A stretch of DNA of 63,470 nt, counting the filler, from Perkinsus chesapeaki ATCC PRA-425 (taxonomy: Eukaryota; Protista; Perkinsozoa): NCBI GenBank assembly GCA_013115145.1. It is 9 parts of 9 records of this genome, joined end to end, with 100 filler letters (N's around TTAATTAATTAA, not from the genome) between each part and the next. Parts side by side here need not be neighbours in the genome. Positions count along the whole stretch, not along the records: positions 28,766 to 47,343 come from JAAPAO010000661.1; 8 more parts are not named here. One strand, 5' to 3'. The stretch's first letter is position 1. Each line of letters opens with the position of its first letter. Positions 36,700-47,443 of the stretch are shown here, one piece after another. A program made the translations under genes and the position numbers. The notes under the pieces were generated by a model. The model had not been told where the DNA came from. It saw only the letters and a list, made by a program, of their open reading frames with translations, and searched no databases.

Positions 36700-37760
36700 A
36701 GGCTTCAACTTTCAGCGCTGCTTTGGATGCCTTGCCCTACTGATAGCTCATCCGATTAATTGTCGTTGTGACCTCGTGACTGGCCCAGTCGCTTTACTTG
36801 AGTGCGTCAGTGTGTATCCGAATTGTATCGATAATCTGTATCGAGCACTGTTGAGCTAACGTGAGTCATGTCTCACTTGTGGTAGTCCACTATCTCTGGG
36901 TTTCCAGCGTTACAATATTAAGGTAAGGCAGCAAAGCACTATATCATTAAGAGAAAAGGGTGAGAACTCGAGAGTAGTTGGAAGAAATCGAGTACCTTAG
37001 ATACTCCACTCGGATACTACTCGAATTGTGAAACTTTTCGTATGAATGTGGAGAGCAAGGAAGCAGCTTGTCCCCTAACTTTTGAAAACTGCAGCGGGCC
37101 ACTCGTGGCCTTCGACGCTTTGACTAACTCCTCATCGTTCGTGGAGAATAAGACATCATTTTGGAAACTACTACTTAACTCGTTGACAGTGATAGGGCAA
37201 GGTGAGGTTGCCAGCCTCGATACTTATTGAAGTTCTTGTTCCTAGTAATTGCGTGACGGTGGCGCCATGAGTGATAGACAGTCCTTCAAGTTCATATCTG
37301 GTGTCAGCGATCCCCTCCTCGCTTTCAAGAGATCGAGAGCGTAAACTGACAAAATCAAACTTCGTCTACTGTAAAACGTTGCCGATCGTCTAATTTCGAG
37401 ATTACTCACTCACAGAGCGCTTGTTTTCTGAACACTGTGTAGTGTACAGTTTAAACAAAGAGGGCACAGTCCCCTTAACAAGCGTCACGCCGCTGCGCCA
37501 TGGTGACACTTCGCCTGGTTAAGGTAGTGCCCTCCTACGTGAGAAGCTGTGAATTGAACACTGCTTACATCACATTTCTCGATTCTTTGCTCCGAATGTT
37601 GAACTTGTTCCCGAATTCCGCTCCTTAGGCGTCTTGCCGCTGCGCCATGATTGCATTATACTTGGGTTGTGTGTGAAAGAATGGTTTAAACATCCGCAGT
37701 TCCGTGTATACGTGGATGCATATTTCTTGAAGGGAAAAGGATTCCAATTATACTTCGTTG
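36700..37760 (+). repeat. Upstream duplicon, paralogous to about 39150-40185
   Basis: Colinear similarity with scattered substitutions over about 1 kb. Confidence 0.88.
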
Positions 37761-37776
37761 GCAGTTATTTGCAAAC

Positions 37777-38175
37777 ATGAACGTTATCATGCTTATCGCC
37801 GTCACGGTCATTGGTCAGACCGTTCCAGACCCAATGTATCTCAATGATAAGTATGTTCGCTGTGCACCGTTTGAAAACGCGGTAGTCAACAGTATCGAGT
37901 TCTTTGGTAATGGCTCGATGGAATTGGTTAGAAGAAGAGAAGAAGCGCGTCCTCAGAAATATGAATGTGTGTATGGAGCGCAAAAGATCGGAAATTATAT
38001 CCAAGTCACCGTTGGTGGTGCCGACTGCAACGCCTTGGTAAGGTCGTTCCCTAACACTCTGGACTACACTTTCCTCATTATGAGAGTGATAGAGACCAGT
38101 GCAGGGCGCCGCCTTGTTGTGATGCAAAAGGAAGACAGGGTGTTCTACAGACTCCCCTTCCCACCAAAATGCTGA
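37777..38175 (+). CDS. Small secreted protein, family member 1 (132 aa, 4 Cys, intronless)
   Basis: Intact ORF with hydrophobic N-terminus MNVIMLIAVTVIG; two close paralogs in the window. Confidence 0.8.
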   Translation: MNVIMLIAVTVIGQTVPDPMYLNDKYVRCAPFENAVVNSIEFFGNGSMELVRRREEARPQKYECVYGAQKIGNYIQVTVGGADCNALVRSFPNTLDYTFLIMRVIETSAGRRLVVMQKEDRVFYRLPFPPKC

Positions 38176-40193
38176 TCTAATCATAATAATGGCATCACTT
38201 ATGGAGGTGAAGCGTGTCAACAACCCTCTTGTCTTGAGGACCATTTGGGTCATACGCCACATATTATATGCGAAATCGTCTCAGCTAGATAGTGATCTAT
38301 CGCAAGCTGTTTAGTACTCTAGAGAACCGCTTGTGGCTTGATTCAGAGGGTCAAACATATTTAGTAATAATTGTAACGAATATCTCTTACGCTGAGTTTC
38401 ACCAAATTGAGCTTTGTGTTACGTGTGTTGGACTTTTCTTGGGATTACATTAATGCTCATATTGATGCAGGTCTGAGAGAGTCTTCAAAGAAGACCCAGG
38501 GCCGTTCATACGCTTACGCGATCAGTCCGCAGAAGAGGAACTACATCTAAGCCGATAGGATTTTGCTCTGGCCTACATTCATCTTGCTTTTCCTTGGCCA
38601 CATTCGGATACTATCCGAATGCGATGCGTCAAGGATAATTCTTGTCTATAAGTAGAAAGGAATTATCCTTGACGCATATTGGTACTATCAAGCACTCCTG
38701 GGATTCTGCAGTGTTGTGTGAAAGTCAGTGATGTACTACTTGTAGATTAAGAAAACAACATAACAACATTGATAACAGGAATTCCTGTCACAACCAGTCG
38801 GCTCGAACCATCGAACTTTACCGCGATATGAGAGTGTAACGTAACGGTACAACCTGAGCGGTTACTAGTCAGTGCCAAACAGTGTGAATCACACTGGGGG
38901 CTTAGCCATCACACAGTGTGATGGCTAAGCCCCCAGTAACTGGGGCCCAGTTCACGATAGGGCAGAGTGAAGGCAGTTAGGGGCACAGGGGTTTTACCCT
39001 TTTTTGCCAGGGCAATATGAATATTTCCCGATGGTATTGGTTTTCGTTAGCTCTGGCGTTTTAGCCTTAGACAAAATTTTCAGTGTTCTAAACTTGAGGC
39101 CGAAAACCTTATCACTTCATTGAACACTCAATCAGTATTGCTGATTCAATAATATAAGGCTTTAACTTTGAGCGCTCCTTCGAATGCTTTGCACTACTCA
39201 GCACTCATCCGATCAATTCTCGCTGTGACCTCGTGACGGGCCCGTCGCTTCACTTGAGTGCATCAATGTGTATCCGATGTGTATCGATCACTGTTTAGCT
39301 AACGTAAGTCATGACTAACATGTGGGATTTTACTGTCTTTGGGTTTCAAGCATGACAATGTTACAATAGTGCGGTGAAGCGCTATATCATTAACAGAGAA
39401 TAGTGAGGAATCAACAGTAGTTGGAAGAGATTGAGTATCTCACATATTAGCAGCGACGAAGCAGCTTGTCCCCTAACTTTTGGGTATTGTGGTGGGCCAC
39501 TCGTTGCCTTCGACCCTTCGCCTAACTCCTTTCCATCGCTCGTAGAGACTAAGACATCATTTTGGAAACTATTACTCAACTCGTTGACAGTGGCCCAGCA
39601 ACGTGAGGTTGCCACCCTCGATACTTATTGATGGCCTTGTTACTAATAATTGAGTCGCGATGGCGCCGTGAGTGGTAGACAGTCCTCCAAGTTCATACCT
39701 GGTGTCAGCGCTCCCCTTCTTGCTTCCAAGAGATCGAGAGAGTCAACTGACTGAGCCAAACTCCGGCTGCTCTCAAACGTTACCGATTGTCTAATTCCGC
39801 AACTACTCATTCGCTGAGCGCTTGGTCGCCGAACACTGAATAGTGTACAGTTTAAACGAAGAGGGGGCAGTCCCCTTCACAAGCGTCACGGCGTGACGGT
39901 CACGCCGCTACGCCATGGTGACACTTCGCCTGGTTCGGGTAGTGCCCTCCTACGTGAGCGACCGTGAATCGAACACTGCTTACATCCTGTTTTCTCAATT
40001 CTTTGCTTAAAATGTTGAACTTGCTCTCGAATTCCGCTCCTTAGGCGTCGTGCCGCTGCGGCATGGTCGCACTGTACTTCGCTTGTGTGTGAAAGAATAG
40101 TTTATCCATCCGCCGTTTCAAGTATACGTGAATGCATATTCGATGAGGGGAATAAAACGTCGAATTATTCTTCGTTGGCAGTTATTTGCAAAC

Positions 40194-40595
40194 ATGAATG
40201 TCGTGTTTTTTATCGTCACGGTCATTGGCCAGACCGTCTCAGATCCAGCGTACCTCAATGTCAAATATGTTCGCTGTGGGGCGTTCAACAACGCGGTAGT
40301 CGACACTATCACGTTCTTTCCAAGTCTCTCGTTGCAACTATTAAGAAGAAGGCGAGCAGAAGGCTTTCCAGATAAGAAGTATAATTGTCTGTATAGAGCG
40401 AAAAAAGTCGGAAATGATACCCAAGTGACCGTTGGTGGTGCCGCCTGCAACGCCTTGATAAGGTCATTTAATACGACCTTGGACGACACCTTCCTATTGA
40501 TGAGAGTGACACAGACCTATAAAGGGCGTCGTCTTGTCGTGATGCAAAAGAAAGACAGGGTGCTCTACAGACTCCCCTTAGCACCAGAATGCTAA
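40194..40595 (+). CDS. Small secreted protein, family member 2
   Basis: MNVVFFIVTVIGQTVSDP...RLPLAPEC; start placed by alignment to member 1. Confidence 0.8.
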   Translation: MNVVFFIVTVIGQTVSDPAYLNVKYVRCGAFNNAVVDTITFFPSLSLQLLRRRRAEGFPDKKYNCLYRAKKVGNDTQVTVGGAACNALIRSFNTTLDDTFLLMRVTQTYKGRRLVVMQKKDRVLYRLPLAPEC

Positions 40596-41299
40596 TCTAT
40601 CATGTCGATGGTATCATTAATAGAGGTGAAGCGTGTCAACACCCCTCTTGTCTCGAGGTCCGTAACCTTTTTTCTAGTTCACAGGGCCACTTGTGCCCTA
40701 ATTATGAGGTGTCTCGTACGAGTCGATATTATTTTTATGGTAATTGTCACGAATATCTATCTTTATTGCTTCTATCATCGTTCTATATCGCTGAGCTTGA
40801 TCAAATTGATCTCTGCGTTGCGTGAGTTAGACATATCTGAGGACAATATCAGCGCTGAGATGAATGTAGGCCGAAAAAGTCTTTTCGAAGGACCAGGGAC
40901 CAAGGACAACACTCTCATATGATTGATGTGTGGAAGAATTCCATTGGATGTGTAAGTACGCGTAACCGTTGTCCGATATAAGTTTCCGTAATGCCGAAAG
41001 GGTTTTTCCCAGCTTCATTCTGAGGGTTCAAGGTTGCCAATTCCAGGCAATCAATTTAGACTGTCTGAATTGATTGCCTGGAATTGGCAACCTTAGCTTG
41101 GCATATAAAAGAATGCTTTGAGCCTTTACACTGTAAAGTTCACAGTTTAAAGTGTACGGTATTGCATATATGTCGGAGAGAGTGCGAGTCACAGCAGATG
41201 TAATTCAATAGTTTGATGTAATACAAGCTTAATCTGGTATACGTAATGAGAAGGAACGAAAATTACAGAACTTGAATCACCAGCCCCACCATTACTGCT

Positions 41300-41445
41300 A
41301 TGGACTTACGCTCCACCAAGGGCCCTACTGATTTCGGCCATTCCATCCGCTTTTGCCATCATTTCCTTCATACCACCCTTTTCCCAAATCATTGCTTGGG
41401 CCACCCCTCTCACCGATATATCTCTTCCCTCTCCCTTATTTCCTA
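41300..41445 (-). pseudogene. 3' fragment of a Gly/Trp-rich protein paralog
   Basis: Encodes KGWYEGNDGKSGWNGRNQ*; homologous to 45470-45600. Confidence 0.65.
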
Positions 41446-44092
41446 TCTCGAAATCATTGAAATGTTTCCTAATCGTAATGGAGTGTAATTATTACACTGT
41501 ATTACAGTACGAAGTCCGAAATTAGACCGAATTGCTCTCCTGAGACCATCTTGGCACTAACTTGGGTTTACTTCTCTTGAAACATCGGGATTCGGGAATT
41601 AGGAAGCTGAGACTCGACTGGCACCGAAATGGTCGAACCGAGCCTGAAGTTCAGGTCCTTAAGGCAAAGTTGACGCGTCGCCAGTAAGTACAGCATTTCC
41701 CGGTCATGCTTCGTACGTCCGCACTGTTATTTCCGAGTGTCCGCAAGCAAATACCCGGTGCGTCACAAATTGTGAAAAATTGTTGTGACTCACAATTATT
41801 TCCGACCGGCACGCATTTGTCCGACTCGGTCATCTGCATTATCCGACAGAGACAATCATACTAATATCCGTTTCCCCAACTTGGACAATTCAATGCTCCC
41901 CGAAGCTTTGTTTTTTTGTGGAGGAAGTGGTGGGTTTCGAGAGTTCTCAGGCTCAACCCGCGCCTCTCCGCAGGGGAGCAGCTCGACGCGGGGCTCAATT
42001 AACGACTTAGGGTTGACTAACTACTGATACGATCAGCCTGATAGATAACTGACAGCACTTAGAAGAAGATAGATGCTAGATTTCTGACGCTAGTAGCTAG
42101 GAAGGCTTCAACTGCGAAAAAGTCAGGCCTATATCTTGGACAGCATTCTCCGCTGAGTGGGCAACCATTGTTTAGTGGTAACACCGCTCTGTATGTTTAA
42201 CATACTATGTTGTATACAGAGCGGTAAATAAAAATTTGACAAAATAAATCAAATTTTGATTATCAAAACAATAAAATCTGTACATAAAAATTCGACATAC
42301 AGTGTGTCAAATTTTTACCCACCCTGAGGGTTACAATGGACCTTTAAAGGTGGTGCAAGGGGACAAATCTTGGGCCTTTTGGCTATCATAACTGAAGTCT
42401 CGCATGACTTTTTTGTCCTCTCCGACTTACATGAGGGATTCGCGTGGCCCTGTCCTGGCAATGACATGCTACCGCATTAATAATCTGCATTGCCACCCTC
42501 CTCACAGTGCGTCTGGGCCGCTAATTGAGCATCTCTGGTGCTTCCCGTTTACTGGGAAGAAACTCTGGGATGTAGAGATGAGACCCACATGGTGGGCCGC
42601 ACCATGGTATGTCGTGTGCCCGCGACTCTCTTATGCCATATATAGTTATGTCTGGAGCACACTTGTGCTCGTTGCCCATGGCCCTTGGGTCACGAGTGAA
42701 CCGAGGGGTATCAAACAACTTTGAGTCCTACAGTTGCATTCGCACGAGATCTGGTTACTACAATCGGCTGGCGTTCAAGCCAAAAGTTCTAAGCCTTTGA
42801 TCATAAAAGTTCGAGTTCCTCTAGCGCTTGCGGGGAATGAGAGACAGCGTCTTTTGTCAAAAGACGTGTCCTGTCAATGACAGGCCACTGCGAAGGACTC
42901 ACTGCTAGTGAGTCATTGTGGGGAAGCTAGCGAAGGTTTGTCTGTGGAAACCCCTCGCGCGCTGACACGGGGGCTGCGACACCGCTTTGCAGCTGAGGGC
43001 TGACCAGCCAAAATTCAAGAGCGAACCTGTGTACAGCGCAAAATGCATGAGGCACTAGGGTGCGGGCTGGAGCCTAGTGTTCGCGATGACTACGCTTGCG
43101 TACGCGTGCTTCGTATTGTGCGGCGGCCGCACTGCGGCCTTCGTGGTGCCGGCTTCCGGAGCGACGCGTGCCTCGTTCCCGGAATTTATATAGAGTTAGG
43201 AAGCAGCTTCGGAAGCTGACCTTTCTGGGAGCTAACCTGTATCAATGCCTCTTCTAATCACTATACCTGTCATACTTGTCACCAATGCTGTTGAGTGCCA
43301 GAAAGCGCCGCCCAGCAAGGGCTTGTAAGTGTCACGGTCTCAGTTCATGAACTCTGAAGCATAACACACCAAAGGAAATTAAACCAGAGCAGCCAATACT
43401 ACGACCCGGGCGTCCTGGCCCGGGACTGCATGATACAGGTACAGTCTTTATCGATAAGCGCACTATCTGCACTTGACTTATACACGCATGCACAGTCTCC
43501 CTGCGCAACTGATCGGTATTGCCAATATCATATTGGGCCTCAAGGCTGTAAAAGGAATGGCGAAGGTTTAATACAACACACAATCGAGGGATATAGTAAT
43601 TTCTCTCGATACATAACAATATATGGAAATATCAGTATTATAGCAAGATGGTAACCACAACATTTGGACCTACAACATAAGCTTGGCAACGCTTGCGTCG
43701 CCCAATTCACCAACATGCTGTCTCAGACAGCCTGTCTGCGCCTTCACCTTCTAATCGTCGATGACTTTGAACGCGCCGGTCCCAATTAATAAAATTCGAC
43801 GGGTGCCTGAGGTCACTAATCATCTGCCATTACATGTTAACTGTTTGCAGATGGCGCGGCCGCCCGAAATCCCGTTGTATCGGAAACGAACAATCCGCTC
43901 CGCAGGCGTCGTGCAGTTGCGCCATGGCGTTGCACTTCGCTTGGGTAGTGCGCTTGCCAGTAAGATAATACTTTCGCCGTTCACCATTTTAGCTTGAAAC
44001 TGTCAAGCATACGTTATTAACATAACGTTATTGCATATTCGATGAGGGGAATGAAACGTCGGAATATACTCCGTTGGCAGTTATTTGCAAAC

Positions 44093-44488
44093 ATGAACGT
44101 CATGGTTATTATTGTCACGGTCATCGGGCAGACCGTTTCAGATCCCATATATCTCACTGATAAATATATTCGCTGTGTATCGTTCGACGATGCGTTAGTT
44201 TACAGTATCGAGCTCTTTGGTAATGGTTCGATGGAATTGGTTAGAAGAATAGAAGAAGCGCGTCCTCAGAGATATGAATGTGTGTATGGAGCGCAAAAGG
44301 TCGGAAATTATACCCAAGTGACCGTTGGTGTTGCCGATTGCAACGCCTTGGTAAGGTCGCTCCCTGACACTCTGGACTACACTTTCCTGATTATGAGAGT
44401 GATGGAGACCGGTGCAGGGAGTCGTCTTGTTGTGATGCAAAAGGCAAATCGGGTACTCTACAGACTCGCCCGCGCACCAGAATGCTAG
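44093..44488 (+). CDS. Small secreted protein, family member 3
   Basis: MNVMVIIVTVIGQTVSDP...RLARAPEC. Confidence 0.8.
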   Translation: MNVMVIIVTVIGQTVSDPIYLTDKYIRCVSFDDALVYSIELFGNGSMELVRRIEEARPQRYECVYGAQKVGNYTQVTVGVADCNALVRSLPDTLDYTFLIMRVMETGAGSRLVVMQKANRVLYRLARAPEC

Positions 44489-45494
44489 TCTATCATAATG
44501 ATGGTATCATTAATAGAGGCGAAGCGTGTCAACACCCCTCTTGTCTCGAGGACCTCAAAGTTGAGGTTTTGGGGTCAGGCTCTGATTCAGCTCAGCTAGA
44601 TAATGAATTACAGCGATTCGTAACCTTTTTCTAGTTCACAGGGCCACTTGTGCCCTGATTATGAGGTGTCTCGTACGAGTCGATATTATTTTATGGTAAC
44701 AAATTTATTTTTTTTGTTACGAATATCTATCTTCATTGCTTCTATTATCGTTTTATATCGCTGAGCTTGATTAAATTGATATTTGCGTTGCGTAAATTAG
44801 ACATATCTGAGGAGTATATCAGCGCTGAGATGAATGTAGGCCTAAACGAGCCTTTTCGAGGGACCAGGGACCAAGGACAACACTCTCGTATGATTGATGT
44901 ACGGAAGAATTCCAGTTTAAGTGTAAGTACGCGTAACCGTCTTTCACGAATGCCGATGGGGGTTTTCTCGGCTTCCATTCGTCAAATAACTTGGTTTCTC
45001 TTGGCTACATCCTGATAGTAGACAACTATTATCAGTAAAACTTTGATATGTTTGAAACGAATGAGACTAAGCGTAGATAACGTAGCTTTTTCATAGCAAA
45101 AGCCTCTTACTTCAGCTCGTATGACAGACAGAAGATGTTCGACGGCATGGACTCTGTCGTCCAAGACTTTCAGATCGTAATGAGTGTGATTCAGGCGATT
45201 GTGAACAGCCAAGATTGCCAATTCCAGGTGATTCAGACTGTCTGAACCTGGAATCAACCTTAGCTTGGCGGTGCGTGTAAAAGAACGCTCTGAGCTTCTA
45301 CAATTCGAAGTGTACGGTATAAAGATGTCATATATTTTATGTTGCATATATGTCGGAGAGAGTGTAAGTCAAAGTAGATGTGATAACGCAATACAAGCTT
45401 AATCTGGTATACGTAATCGGAAGGAACGATAATTACAGAACTTGAATCACCAGCCCCACCATTCCTGCTGTGGACTTACGCGCCACCGAGGGTC

Positions 45495-45960
45495 CTACTG
45501 ACTTCCGCCATTCCATCCGCTTTTGCCATTATTTCCTTCATACCATCCTTTCCCCAAATCATTGCTTGGGCCACCCTTCTCCCCAGTATATCCCTCCCCC
45601 TTCCCTTCATACCATCCTTTCCCCAAATCATTGCTTGGGCCACACTTCTCCCCAGTATATCCCTTCCCCTCCCCTTCATACCATCCTTTCACATAATTAC
45701 CCTTCCCGCCGTAGTCGTTCCAATAGTGAGGTGGGGGAGCCCACGGCATAGGAGAGTTCCATTCCCAATTCGGTCCACTCCAGCCTTCCCAACCTCCTTG
45801 CCATATCCGGACCCCTCAGAATAACCCTTGCCGGGATTCGAACTTGCGCCCTTCCCTTTCCCTTTTCCTCTGCTTAACGCATCCTCTGTAGCACACAATG
45901 GGTCTGTCCCGATGAGAGAAGATAGGAGCTAAGCTAAGACTACGAAGATGATGCAGCTCT
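45495..45960 (-). pseudogene. Secreted Gly/Trp/Tyr/Lys-rich repetitive protein, disrupted
   Basis: Signal-like SCIIFVVLA*LLSSLIG with a damaged ATG, a GKG-rich part, a frameshift near 45800, then 69-bp repeats encoding KGWYEGKGEGYTGEKGGPSNDLG. Confidence 0.65.
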
Positions 45961-46534
45961 ATCGAGTAATTACTGGCTCATTAATAGGCATTCCTTCCCT
46001 ATTTCATCCAGTGCACGCCCGATTAATCTAACGTGGTTTAGAGACGAGAGTTGTGTTGTGCTTGGTAACTTCATTCAGACCTCCCCCGTGCAATAAGGAT
46101 ACCGCCTTCGGTCTAATCGTCATTGCCATGCAGTTGATTGGTTCTGTCTACCATCATTTTTTTTCTTCATATAAGTGAGGGAGGTTGGCGGATCTGCTTG
46201 GATGCTTTGTTGACTACCCGGTGCGCAGTCCCGGCTAATGTCACTAGCTGTAGAGCTAGGTGCATGATTGCACACACCATCACGTGCGATCTCGCCTGTT
46301 CACGGTTATTTCATGGCCCAAGGGTGGGAATTGTCGCGTTGACAGTGGGAGGGACTCTGATCATCGAAGCGGTGGACATCGGATTTGCATCTGCTTAACG
46401 CATCCTCTGTAGCACACAATGGGTCTGTCCCGATGAGAGAAGATAGGAGCTAAGCTAAGACTACGAAGATGATGCAGCTCTATCGAGTAATTACTGGCTC
46501 ATTAATAGGCATTCCTTCCCTATTTCATCCAGTG
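45870..46534. repeat. 144-bp identical direct repeat (45870-46013 and 46391-46534)
   Basis: Base-for-base match by eye. Confidence 0.92.
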
Positions 46535-47241
46535 TAGTGTTGTCTCAATTAGCAAATCACTAGCAATCTACTGAATTAGAAACGTCTCTAATCCAGCGGT
46601 GGAGGGACTTCAGATATTCGAACACTGGAAATGCGCTCAGGTACGGCTGGGCGGCATGCAATGACACAGCTGGAGTCTTTGGACTTCGCAATCCGACCAC
46701 ATTTCAGAGGAAAGCAAGAGTTACATTAAGTAGGATAGAAAAGCTGCACTATTCCTAGCGTATCATTCAGGGCCTGAATTTCAGGCAGCATGTGGGGAGT
46801 TCTTGGCACCTCAACATGGCAGATATCACCGCTCTTCGAGTCTCCCGCTTTTCCCGTTGAATTCAGCGTTGTATTACTCGATCGTGAACTGAGTTTAACA
46901 GTTAGTCCTCTCGGCGTGCTGGCCTACCGTGCCAGCAGGATCTCAAGTTGACTTGTTTTTAGTATTGATGAGTGGTGTTTTGTGTTATCTCCGAGAGTAA
47001 CCAATACAAGAATAATACCGCATCGGTAACGATGTCATCCAAATACGGCTACGTAGTGTACGACCAACGAAACCAAGAAGGAAATGGTCGTTGATATACA
47101 CACTTTATGACGACTCAACCTCATAAAAGGATCACCGTCACTTACCAACAGTCACACTCGCCGGATAGCAAACAACAATTTTTAAGTATGCATCGAGTCT
47201 GAACCCGAAGTCGCTATTGATGCCACCTTCGAGTCATGGAC

Positions 47242-47343
47242 CAGGGTGTTCCGTTTCCATTTCGCGCAGGGTTTCATTTCGGAAATTTCCGGAAATTTCC
47301 GTTGGAAATTTAAAAGTTGGAAATTTCCGGAAATGAAAATGCG
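47242..47343 (+). mobile_element. Probable DNA-transposon terminus (CAGGG start, GGAAATTTCC subterminal repeats), truncated by the contig end
   Basis: Begins exactly where homology to 33061 stops; several copies of the palindrome GGAAATTTCC. Confidence 0.6.
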
Positions 47344-47443
47344 NNNNNNNNNNNNNNNNNNNNNNNNNNNNNNNNNNNNNNNNNNNNTTAATTAATTAAN
47401 NNNNNNNNNNNNNNNNNNNNNNNNNNNNNNNNNNNNNNNNNNN
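47344..47443. other. Artificial contig-joining linker
   Basis: Same 100-bp linker. Confidence 0.97.

Noticed and set aside
43200-43220. Another excision scar (CAGCTTC-G-GAAGCTG)
   Set aside because: It fits the 7+8+7 rule only with several edits, so it was not counted.
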